A stretch of 64,000 nucleotides of DNA from Gammaproteobacteria bacterium (GTDB lineage Bacteria; Pseudomonadota; Gammaproteobacteria; Eutrophobiales; Eutrophobiaceae): the NCBI GenBank assembly GCA_965221695.1, contig OZ244905.1, positions 1,056,001 to 1,120,000 on the forward strand, given 5' to 3'. Below, piece after piece: positions 25,609 through 36,400 of the stretch (position 1 is its first letter; each line of letters opens with the position of its first letter). A program made the translations under genes and the position numbers. The notes below the pieces were generated by a model. That model was given only the letters and a program-made list of their open reading frames with translations. It was not told the origin of the DNA and searched no databases.

Positions 25609-26838
25609 TTAGCGCTGACCTGGGATCGCAGGTGTTTCACCTGCCTGCGGGCGGGACGCCTGCGTTCCCGGGGTGAAGGATGCCATCATTGTCGATACGT
25701 CGTTTGCCGGCCAGATCGTTACGTCACTGCGATTTTGTTGCTCGGTACCACCGTATATCAGAACACTGGTTTCAGGCTGTGCGGGTAATTTGCTGGTGAA
25801 TATTCGCAGTCCTTTGAAATAGTCGTTATTGATCGTGGCGCCGGCTTTGATTTCGACCGGCACGATGTTGGGACCATTCTCAACAAGCAGGTCCACTTCA
25901 TTGCCTTTACCATCGCGCCAAAAGTAAAGGTTGTTGCGTTTTCCTCTATGGTAACGATATTTCAATGCCTCGGCGATTACCAGGTTCTCAAACAGATTAC
26001 CTCTAAGCGGATGTGTTTTGACATGCAGTTCGCTCTCTATGCCCAGCAACCAGGCTGCCAGACCCACATCATAAAAGTAGAGCTTGGGAGATTTGATTTG
26101 TCGCTTGGAGATATTAACGTGCCAGGGCTGTAGCAGAAATACGATATAACTGGCTTGCAGCAATGTGAGCCAACTGCGCGCAGTGGTATGGGATATCCCG
26201 ACATCATTGCCAAGACTTTGCAGATTCAGCAATTGACCGGTCCGCCCGGCGCAGATACGCACAAATTTCTCAAACAGCGCCAGGTCTTTAATGGTGATGA
26301 GCTGCCGGAGGTCCCGCTCTACGTAAGTTTCAATGTAATCACCCAACGCCTGGGTAGGATTAAGACCGGTATGATGTATGCGGGGATAAAATCCTGTGAG
26401 CAAAAGCCTATCAATGTTGAACTGGCTATCGGTGGCGCGCAGCTCTTCCATACTCAGAGGCAATAACTTGAACAACGCGGTGCGGCCGGCAAGCGATTGC
26501 CCGATACGGGTCATCACCTCAAATTGTTGGCTGCCGGTCAGGATAAACTGCCCTGGCTTGTTGCGTTCATCAATGAGGGGTTGCAGGTAGGAAGGGAGCG
26601 TCGGAACCCGCTGAATTTCATCCAAGATAACGCCATCCGGATACATGTCAAGCAAACCGCGCGGATCGCTTTGGGCAAACTCACGATGATCAGGGCTTTC
26701 CAGGTTAACATAGGGTTTGTCAGGAAATGTCGCGCGGCAAAGCGTTGTTTTACCGCTCTGGCGCGGCCCGGTGACCGTGATTGCCGGGTATTGAGAAGCC
26801 GAGTTCTTGAGCGCTGTTTCTAATGTGCGCGGGATCAT
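25609..26838 (-). CDS. AAA+ ATPase, AAA_14/DUF4143 family
   Basis: GPRQSGKTT, ILDEIQ, TGSQ, SPKLYFYD.GL, EVDL...EIK. Start placed at ATG 26838 (MIPRTLE); ORF track extends to 26880. Confidence 0.9.
   Translation of the reverse strand: MIPRTLETALKNSASQYPAITVTGPRQSGKTTLCRATFPDKPYVNLESPDHREFAQSDPRGLLDMYPDGVILDEIQRVPTLPSYLQPLIDERNKPGQFILTGSQQFEVMTRIGQSLAGRTALFKLLPLSMEELRATDSQFNIDRLLLTGFYPRIHHTGLNPTQALGDYIETYVERDLRQLITIKDLALFEKFVRICAGRTGQLLNLQSLGNDVGISHTTARSWLTLLQASYIVFLLQPWHVNISKRQIKSPKLYFYDVGLAAWLLGIESELHVKTHPLRGNLFENLVIAEALKYRYHRGKRNNLYFWRDGKGNEVDLLVENGPNIVPVEIKAGATINNDYFKGLRIFTSKLPAQPETSVLIYGGTEQQNRSDVTIWPANDVSTMMASFTPGTQASRPQAGETPAIPGQR
25622..25669. repeat. Imperfect palindromic REP-like element (family 2)
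   Basis: gggatcgcaggtgtttcacctgc-ct-gcgggcgggacgcctgcgttccc; relatives at 26919-26965, partial copies at ~23120, ~52311 and ~60064. Confidence 0.6.
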
Positions 26839-26918
26839 AGTGGTCAATGTAATCAGGATGGGTGCAATATGCAAGTACAACTTTCATTTTGCACACACTG
26901 GGAGGTCAACACTGGTCT

Positions 26919-26965
26919 GATATCGCAGGTGTCTCGCCTGTCTGCTTGCGGGATGCCCGCGCTCC
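26919..26965. repeat. REP-like element (family 2)
   Basis: gatatcgcaggtgtctcgcctg...gcgggatgcccgcgctcc, similar to 25622-25669. Confidence 0.55.
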
Positions 26966-26973
26966 AAGGGGGT

Positions 26974-27384
26974 TTACTGCACAAACTTAATTATTACGAA
27001 TGTGCTTCCACAGATGGCAATCGTCTGGCCCAGCATCAATTTGAGTATCTCCGACCTGAGGTTACCAACGGCGTTATCAATTTCCTTCTTAACGTACTCG
27101 TTGGTGGCCATGTGTTGCATGTTTTGGTGAATCACTTTGAGATCTTCTTTGGTCGCCATGTTTTGGCGAATATCTTTGATCTCATGTTCGACCTTCTCGA
27201 AACGCTTATCGACCTCATCAAAACGCAGATAGACCTTCTCGAAACTTGCGTTGATGTTGTCGACATCGACCCTCGTCGCCAGGTTGTTCAACAGATCACC
27301 CTGCTCAGCAGCCAGCGCTTCCGCCTGCTGCTCGTTAAAACCGCATGCTGTCATCCGTTTTACGTAGGCATGTTCGTTGAACAT
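26974..27384 (-). CDS. DUF1640/CCDC90-like coiled-coil protein, paralog of 25079..25474
   Basis: First 38 aa identical to residues 27-64 of the paralog; longer coiled-coil middle; same C-terminal hydrophobic segment. Confidence 0.78.
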   Translation of the reverse strand: MFNEHAYVKRMTACGFNEQQAEALAAEQGDLLNNLATRVDVDNINASFEKVYLRFDEVDKRFEKVEHEIKDIRQNMATKEDLKVIHQNMQHMATNEYVKKEIDNAVGNLRSEILKLMLGQTIAICGSTFVIIKFVQ

Positions 27385-27387
27385 GAG

Positions 27388-27411
27388 GCTGTGTCGCCCG
27401 CAGGGCGACCC
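27388..27411. repeat. REP-like core (family 1) just downstream of gene A stop; may act as a transcript hairpin
   Basis: gctgtgtcgcccgcagggcgacc. Confidence 0.65.
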
Positions 27412-27415
27412 CTTA

Positions 27416-30400
27416 TTACCTGTAGCCCCACTCCAGGTTCAGCCAGAAGCTGTGCTCCGGTGATATGTTCCAGGATTCTTCGCGTACGCCTTCAAACCCA
27501 ACCCGCAGTACGCTGCCGCCCAGTAACACGTCGCTCATCTCCGTGCCCAGCATGAACCGGCGGGAACGTTCGCCCAAGCCCGTAGTGCGGCTGTATACGG
27601 TCCATAACCGGTCTCGGATGAACAGGCCATAGCCCACCTCCGTCTCCATGCCGAACCGGTACTCATCCGAAGTCGGACTGCGCTGGCCGCGTACCATGTC
27701 GTCAATATTACGCTCCCACAACTGCCGGGCGCCGCCCTCAATGCTGCCCAGACTGCGGACCGGACTGTAATGCGGCGTCAACCGCAGCATCCAGCCGGTG
27801 CCGTCCGCCTGGTACGCCTTCTCCAATAACCCGCTCACCTGCCACTCACGGTAATTCGAGTTCGCCAGCAACCCGGCGCCGCGCAACTGTAACGCCCAGC
27901 CCGTGTCCGTCGCATAGCGCACACCACCGGCCAGGTCCAATCCGGCGCCGCTTTGCGCATCACCGCCGTCAATACGCACGCCCAACTCGGCAAACTGCTC
28001 AAACTGCCCCGCCTCCGTCGCCGACATATGCCTGCCCTCCAATACTGCCCGTACACGCTGCACATCGATATCCGGCGCATCCTCGACCGACATTGCCGCA
28101 TACATCGCCTCGCCCTGGTAACCCAACTGCCAACCGCCACGCCGGAAGAAACGACCCGTCACGCCCAATGCCGCCGAGTACATATCCACATCAGACTCCT
28201 GCCGGTACCCCTCATCGTCCACCGTCAGGTCCAACTCGCCCAAACCATACCCCAAAGCGCCCCAGATACTCAGGTCCGGCGAGACCATCCAGTCCGCATA
28301 CGGATACAGACTCGTCAGACTGATGTCGTAATCCCCCGTGAAGGTGCGCCGGGCATCACTGCGGTCGGTATAGTCAAACCGGCCCTCGGTGCGGGACAGG
28401 GCCGCGCCCAGCAGCAACTGCTCGGTTGCCTCAATATCTGCGCCCAAGTGGAAATTCGCCACGCCGCCGTCCCAAGTCACCGCATTATTGCCCTTGCTGC
28501 GCAGGTCGGTGTAACTGCCCTCGCCCCACAATGTGACCACTTTACCCGGCTCGCCGGATTCGCTGCCGTCGTCAGCCCCGAAATTCAGCGGCAGCACAAA
28601 CGACGCCCGGTTCAGCAACTGGCGCAGGTCAAACCGCCGCCGGTATTCCCATCCGCCCGGCGTGTCGAAGACATCAAAGACATCCGGTGTTGGCTGTGTC
28701 CGTCCGCCGGTCCGGGACCCGCCCAGGGTCGGATCCACCCGGCTCTCCGTGCCCGGCAATGCCTGTGTGCTGTGCCCGAATGTCTGTGTTATGCCAGACA
28801 GCGCCAGTCGTTCTTCATCATCTGATAATGGCTGCCCGGTACCGCCCGCAGACGGGTCAACACGACTCGTTGTGCCAGACAATAGTGACCCGGACTCGAT
28901 CCCGATCTGCGTCTCTGCCCCGGCGCCAACGTCAGGTGATGCTTGCTCTTCCTCAGGCAACGCCTCAATACCCAGCAGCGGTAACCCGGACTCTGCTCCA
29001 TACGCAGTAGGCTGACCTGGTTGCGTGCTTGGCGACGGCTTCACAGAACGGCCCAATATCGTGCTTGTTTGACCTGCCCCGGAACGCACCGAGCTGATCC
29101 GATCACTGAGCGCCTGCGTGGTGCGTCCGATTACCGACAGGGTCAAATGCGGCAACAGGTCTTCATGTACATCCGTCACCTGTACGGCATCAATCGGCGC
29201 CTCGCTCACCGTTACCGCAAACGTATCACTCACGGCTTCGCCTGTCTCATCTGCGGCCGTGACCGTAACGTTTGCGGCGCCCACCGACACACCGGTCAGG
29301 GTCAGGTCGCTGCCTGACAGGGTAACCGTTACGATCGTCTCATCATCCGACACCGCCGTATACGTCAGCGTATCGCCGTCCGCATCGGTGAAGGCAGCGC
29401 TGACATCAACCTGTTGGACCTGGTCTACGTCAATCCCCTGGTCAGACAGCGGCATGTCTACGGCCGGCGCCCGGTTCGGCATCACGACCGTGACGGCAAA
29501 CCGGTCGCTCGCCGTGCCGCCGCGTCCGTCATCGGCCGTTATTGTGATGGCGGTATCACCGGCGGATGCGCCGGTCAGGGTCAGGGTAGCGCCGGTTATC
29601 GCTACCGTGACGACGGAGGTATCAGCAGACACCGCCGTATACGTCAGCGCATCACCGTCTGCATCGGTAAAGGTAGCGCTGACATCAACCTGCTGCGTCT
29701 GGTCTACGTCAAGCGTTTGGTCAGACAACGGCGTCGCCACTTCCGGCGCCTCATTAGACAACGCCACCGTCACCGTGAACAGGTCGCTCGCCCTGCCGCG
29801 TCCGTCATCCGCGGTCACCGTGATGGTCGCCGCACCGACGGCTACGCCGGTTAAAGTCAGGGCGCTGCCGGTTACTGCCAAGGTGACCACCGTCTCGTCG
29901 GCAGACACTGCTGTATACGTCAGCGCATCGCCGTCCGCATCACTGAACGCGCCGCTCACATCAACCTGCTGCGTCTGGCCTACTACCAGTGTCAGGTCAG
30001 ACAACGGCGTTGCCACCACCGGCGCCTCATTCGGCGGCGCCACCGTTACCTTGAAGGTGTCGCTCGCCGTGCCGCCGCGCCCGTCAGAGGCCGTTATCGT
30101 CACATTCGTCTCGCCCAGCGCCACGCCGGTCAAGGTCAGACGCTCTGCCGAATCCACATCCACCGCCACGATCGATGAGGCATCGGTCGTCGCCGTGTAG
30201 ATCAGCACATCGCCGTCGCTGTCGTTAAACAAGCCCATGATATCCAACGTCCGGTTCTCATCCACCAACAATATCTGATCACCGGCCGACATCAGCAGAA
30301 CCGGCGCATTGTTTGGCGGCGGTGGCGGCGGCGGCGGCGGTGTTGTCTCGTCCACATCTCTCACCGTCACCGTGATGTTGCCGCTGGTCGCCGTGTTGCC

Positions 30401-33400
30401 GTTTGAATCCCGCGCCGTGAGCGTGTACACGTAGGTATTGTTCGTGTCGCTGTCGGTCGGGTTCTCATAGTCCCGCGCGCTCAGGTTCACTGTCACGCCC
30501 GTGCTGCTCTGGCTCGACAACGTGAAGTCGTCCGTCCCGTCTGCTCCGCCGAGTGTCCAGCTCACCGCGCCCTGCGCGTTCGCCAGGCTTGCCGTGACGG
30601 TGTACGGCGTGTTCTCGTTCACAGTGGCGTTCGCCAGGCCGCTTAAGGTCAATGTCGAGGGAGTGGTGTCCGCATCAATCGTGATGCTGAACGTCAGCGT
30701 GGCCTCATCGCCATCGCTGTCGGTCGCCCTGTACGTGTAGGTGGTGGCGGCCTGCGTCCCCGTCGGCGTGCCGGTCAAGGTGCGGGCGCTGGCGTCAAAC
30801 GTCAGACCGTCCGGCGCATCCGGCGCCAGCGTGTACGTCAGCGTGCCGTCGCCGCCGCTCGCCTGCGGCAGGTCAAGCCGGGTAATCGCCGAGTTCTGCA
30901 TGTAGGTCTGGTTGGCAATGGTGGCGCTGCCGAAGCTCGGCGCATTGTCCGCAGTAATCGTGATGGTGAACGTCAGCTCGGCCGGGTCGCCATCGCTGTC
31001 GGTCGCCCTGTACGTGTAGGTGGTGGCGGCCTGCGTCCCCGTCGGCGTGCCGGTCAAGGTGCGGGCGCTGGCGTCAAACGTCAGACCGTCCGGCGCATCC
31101 GGCGCCAGCGTGTACGTCAGCGTGCCGTCGCCGCCGCTCGCCTGCGGCAGGTCAAGCCGGGTAATCGCCGAGTTCTGCATGTAGGTCTGGTTGGCAATGG
31201 TGGCGCTGCCGAAGCTCGGCGCATTGTCCGCAGTAATCGTGATGGTGAACGTCAGCTCGGCCGGGTCGCCATCGCTGTCGGTCGCCCTGTACGTGTAGGT
31301 GGTGGCGGCCTGCGTCCCCGTCGGCGTGCCGGTCAAGGTGCGGGCGCTGGCGTCAAACGTCAGACCGTCCGGCGCATCCGGCGCCAGCGTGTACGTCAGC
31401 GTGCCGTCGCCGCCGCTCGCCTGCGGCAGGTCAAGCCGGGTAATCGCCGAGTTCTGCATGTAGGTCTGGTTGGCAATGGTGGCGCTGCCGAAGCTCGGCG
31501 CATTGTCCGCAGTAATCGTGATGGTGAACGTCAGCTCGGCCGGGTCGCCATCGCTGTCGGTCGCCCTGTACGTGTAGGTGGTGGCGGCCTGCGTCCCCGT
31601 CGGCGTGCCGGTCAAGGTGCGGGCGCTGGCGTCAAACGTCAGACCGTCCGGCGCATCCGGCGCCAGCGTGTACGTCAGCGTGCCGTCGCCGCCGCTCGCC
31701 TGCGGCAGGTCAAGCCGGGTAATCGCCGAGTTCTGCATGTAGGTCTGGTTGGCAATGGTGGCGCTGCCGAAGCTCGGCGCATTGTCCGCAGTAATCGTGA
31801 TGGTGAACGTCAGCTCGGCCGGGTCGCCATCGCTGTCGGTCGCCCTGTACGTGTAGGTGGTGGCGGCCTGCGTCCCCGTCGGCGTGCCGGTCAAGGTGCG
31901 GGCGCTGGCGTCAAACGTCAGACCGTCCGGCGCATCCGGCGCCAGCGTGTACGTCAGCGTGCCGTCGCCGCCGCTCGCCTGCGGCAGGTCAAGCCGGGTA
32001 ATCGCCGAGTTCTGCATGTAGGTCTGGTTGGCAATGGTGGCGCTGCCGAAGCTCGGCGCATTGTCCGCAGTAATCGTGATGGTGAACGTCAGCTCGGCCG
32101 GGTCGCCATCGCTGTCGGTCGCCCTGTACGTGTAGGTGGTGGCGGCCTGCGTCCCCGTCGGCGTGCCGGTCAAGGTGCGGGCGCTGGCGTCAAACGTCAG
32201 ACCGTCCGGCGCATCCGGCGCCAGCGTGTACGTCAGCGTGCCGTCGCCGCCGCTCGCCTGCGGCAGGTCAAGCCGGGTAATCGCCGAGTTCTGCATGTAG
32301 GTCTGGTTGGCAATGGTGGCGCTGCCGAAGCTCGGCGCATTGTCCGCAGTAATCGTGATGGTGAACGTCAGCTCGGCCGGGTCGCCATCGCTGTCGGTCG
32401 CCCTGTACGTGTAGGTGGTGGCGGCCTGCGTCCCCGTCGGCGTGCCGGTCAAGGTGCGGGCGCTGGCGTCAAACGTCAGACCGTCCGGCGCATCCGGCGC
32501 CAGCGTGTACGTCAGCGTGCCGTCGCCGCCGCTCGCCTGCGGCAGGTCAAGCCGGGTAATCGCCGAGTTCTGCATGTAGGTCTGGTTGGCAATGGTGGCG
32601 CTGCCGAAGCTCGGCGCATTGTCCGCAGTAATCGTGATGGTGAACGTCAGCTCGGCCGGGTCGCCATCGCTGTCGGTCGCCCTGTACGTGTAGGTGGTGG
32701 CGGCCTGCGTCCCCGTCGGCGTGCCGGTCAAGGTGCGGGCGCTGGCGTCAAACGTCAGACCGTCCGGCGCATCCGGCGCCAGCGTGTACGTCAGCGTGCC
32801 GTCGCCGCCGCTCGCCTGCGGCAGGTCAAGCCGGGTAATCGCCGAGTTCTGCATGTAGGTCTGGTTGGCAATGGTGGCGCTGCCGAAGCTCGGCGCATTG
32901 TCCGCAGTAATCGTGATGGTGAACGTCAGCTCGGCCGGGTCGCCATCGCTGTCGGTCGCCCTGTACGTGTAGGTGGTGGCGGCCTGCGTCCCCGTCGGCG
33001 TGCCGGTCAAGGTGCGGGCGCTGGCGTCAAACGTCAGACCGTCCGGCGCATCCGGCGCCAGCGTGTACGTCAGCGTGCCGTCGCCGCCGCTCGCCTGCGG
33101 CAGGTCAAGCCGGGTAATCGCCGAGTTCTGCATGTAGGTCTGGTTGGCAATGGTGGCGCTGCCGAAGCTCGGCGCATTGTCCGCAGTAATCGTGATGGTG
33201 AACGTCAGCTCGGCCGGGTCGCCATCGCTGTCGGTCGCCCTGTACGTGTAGGTGGTGGCGGCCTGCGTCCCCGTCGGCGTGCCGGTCAAGGTGCGGGCGC
33301 TGGCGTCAAACGTCAGACCGTCCGGCGCATCCGGCGCCAGCGTGTACGTCAGCGTGCCGTCGCCGCCGCTCGCCTGCGGCAGGTCAAGCCGGGTAATCGC

Positions 33401-36400
33401 CGAGTTCTGCATGTAGGTCTGGTTGGCAATGGTGGCGCTGCCGAAGCTCGGCGCATTGTCCGCAGTAATCGTGATGGTGAACGTCAGCTCGGCCGGGTCG
33501 CCATCGCTGTCGGTCGCCCTGTACGTGTAGGTGGTGGCGGCCTGCGTCCCCGTCGGCGTGCCGGTCAAGGTGCGGGCGCTGGCGTCAAACGTCAGACCGT
33601 CCGGCGCATCCGGCGCCAGCGTGTACGTCAGCGTGCCGTCGCCGCCGCTCGCCTGCGGCAGGTCAAGCCGGGTAATCGCCGAGTTCTGCATGTAGGTCTG
33701 GTTGGCAATGGTGGCGCTGCCGAAGCTCGGCGCATTGTCCGCAGTAATCGTGATGGTGAACGTCAGCTCGGCCGGGTCGCCATCGCTGTCGGTCGCCCTG
33801 TACGTGTAGGTGGTGGCGGCCTGCGTCCCCGTCGGCGTGCCGGTCAAGGTGCGGGCGCTGGCGTCAAACGTCAGACCGTCCGGCGCATCCGGCGCCAGCG
33901 TGTACGTCAGCGTGCCGTCGCCGCCGCTCGCCTGCGGCAGGTCAAGCCGGGTAATCGCCGAGTTCTGCATGTAGGTCTGGTTGGCAATGGTGGCGCTGCC
34001 GAAGCTCGGCGCATTGTCCGCAGTAATCGTGATGGTGAACGTCAGCTCGGCCGGGTCGCCATCGCTGTCGGTCGCCCTGTACGTGTAGGTGGTGGCGGCC
34101 TGCGTCCCCGTCGGCGTGCCGGTCAAGGTGCGGGCGCTGGCGTCAAACGTCAGACCGTCCGGCGCATCCGGCGCCAGCGTGTACGTCAGCGTGCCGTCGC
34201 CGCCGCTCGCCTGCGGCAGGTCAAGCCGGGTAATCGCCGAGTTCTGCATGTAGGTCTGGTTGGCAATGGTGGCGCTGCCGAAGCTCGGCGCATTGTCCGC
34301 AGTAATCGTGATGGTGAACGTCAGCTCGGCCGGGTCGCCATCGCTGTCGGTCGCCCTGTACGTGTAGGTGGTGGCGGCCTGCGTCCCCGTCGGCGTGCCG
34401 GTCAAGGTGCGGGCGCTGGCGTCAAACGTCAGACCGTCCGGCGCATCCGGCGCCAGCGTGTACGTCAGCGTGCCGTCGCCGCCGCTCGCCTGCGGCAGGT
34501 CAAGCCGGGTAATCGCCGAGTTCTGCATGTAGGTCTGGTTGGCAATGGTGGCGCTGCCGAAGCTCGGCGCATTGTCCGCAGTAATCGTGATGGTGAACGT
34601 CAGCTCGGCCGGGTCGCCATCGCTGTCGGTCGCCCTGTACGTGTAGGTGGTGGCGGCCTGCGTCCCCGTCGGCGTGCCGGTCAAGGTGCGGGCGCTGGCG
34701 TCAAACGTCAGACCGTCCGGCGCATCCGGCGCCAGCGTGTACGTCAGCGTGCCGTCGCCGCCGCTCGCCTGCGGCAGGTCAAGCCGGGTAATCGCCGAGT
34801 TCTGCATGTAGGTCTGGTTGGCAATGGTGGCGCTGCCGAAGCTCGGCGCATTGTCCGCAGTAATCGTGATGGTGAACGTCAGCTCGGCCGGGTCGCCATC
34901 GCTGTCGGTCGCCCTGTACGTGTAGGTGGTGGCGGCCTGCGTCCCCGTCGGCGTGCCGGTCAAGGTGCGGGCGCTGGCGTCAAACGTCAGACCGTCCGGC
35001 GCATCCGGCGCCAGCGTGTACGTCAGCGTGCCGTCGCCGCCGCTCGCCTGCGGCAGGTCAAGCCGGGTAATCGCCGAGTTCTGCATGTAGGTCTGGTTGG
35101 CAATGGTGGCGCTGCCGAAGCTCGGCGCATTGTCCGCAGTAATCGTGATGGTGAACGTCAGCTCGGCCGGGTCGCCATCGCTGTCGGTCGCCCTGTACGT
35201 GTAGGTGGTGGCGGCCTGCGTCCCCGTCGGCGTGCCGGTCAAGGTGCGGGCGCTGGCGTCAAACGTCAGACCGTCCGGCGCATCCGGCGCCAGCGTGTAC
35301 GTCAGCGTGCCGTCGCCGCCGCTCGCCTGCGGCAGGTCAAGCCGGGTAATCGCCGAGTTCTGCATGTAGGTCTGGTTGGCAATGGTGGCGCTGCCGAAGC
35401 TCGGCGCATTGTCCGCAGTAATCGTGATGGTGAACGTCAGCTCGGCCGGGTCGCCATCGCTGTCGGTCGCCCTGTACGTGTAGGTGGTGGCGGCCTGCGT
35501 CCCCGTCGGCGTGCCGGTCAAGGTGCGGGCGCTGGCGTCAAACGTCAGACCGTCCGGCGCATCCGGCGCCAGCGTGTACGTCAGCGTGCCGTCGCCGCCG
35601 CTCGCCTGCGGCAGGTCAAGCCGGGTAATCGCCGAGTTCTGCATGTAGGTCTGGTTGGCAATGGTGGCGCTGCCGAAGCTCGGCGCATTGTCCGCAGTAA
35701 TCGTGATGGTGAACGTCAGCTCGGCCGGGTCGCCATCGCTGTCGGTCGCCCTGTACGTGTAGGTGGTGGCGGCCTGCGTCCCCGTCGGCGTGCCGGTCAA
35801 GGTGCGGGCGCTGGCGTCAAACGTCAGACCGTCCGGCGCATCCGGCGCCAGCGTGTACGTCAGCGTGCCGTCGCCGCCGCTCGCCTGCGGCAGGTCAAGC
35901 CGGGTAATCGCCGAGTTCTGCATGTAGGTCTGGTTGGCAATGGTGGCGCTGCCGAAGCTCGGCGCATTGTCCGCAGTAATCGTGATGGTGAACGTCAGCT
36001 CGGCCGGGTCGCCATCGCTGTCGGTCGCCCTGTACGTGTAGGTGGTGGCGGCCTGCGTCCCCGTCGGCGTGCCGGTCAAGGTGCGGGCGCTGGCGTCAAA
36101 CGTCAGACCGTCCGGCGCATCCGGCGCCAGCGTGTACGTCAGCGTGCCGTCGCCGCCGCTCGCCTGCGGCAGGTCAAGCCGGGTAATCGCCGAGTTCTGC
36201 ATGTAGGTCTGGTTGGCAATGGTGGCGCTGCCGAAGCTCGGCGCATTGTCCGCAGTAATCGTGATGGTGAACGTCAGCTCGGCCGGGTCGCCATCGCTGT
36301 CGGTCGCCCTGTACGTGTAGGTGGTGGCGGCCTGCGTCCCCGTCGGCGTGCCGGTCAAGGTGCGGGCGCTGGCGTCAAACGTCAGACCGTCCGGCGCATC

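Noticed and set aside
23243-27411. Integron cassette array
   Set aside because: No integrase; the palindromes lack clear attC RYYYAAC/GTTRRRY ends and also occur among core genes (61307).
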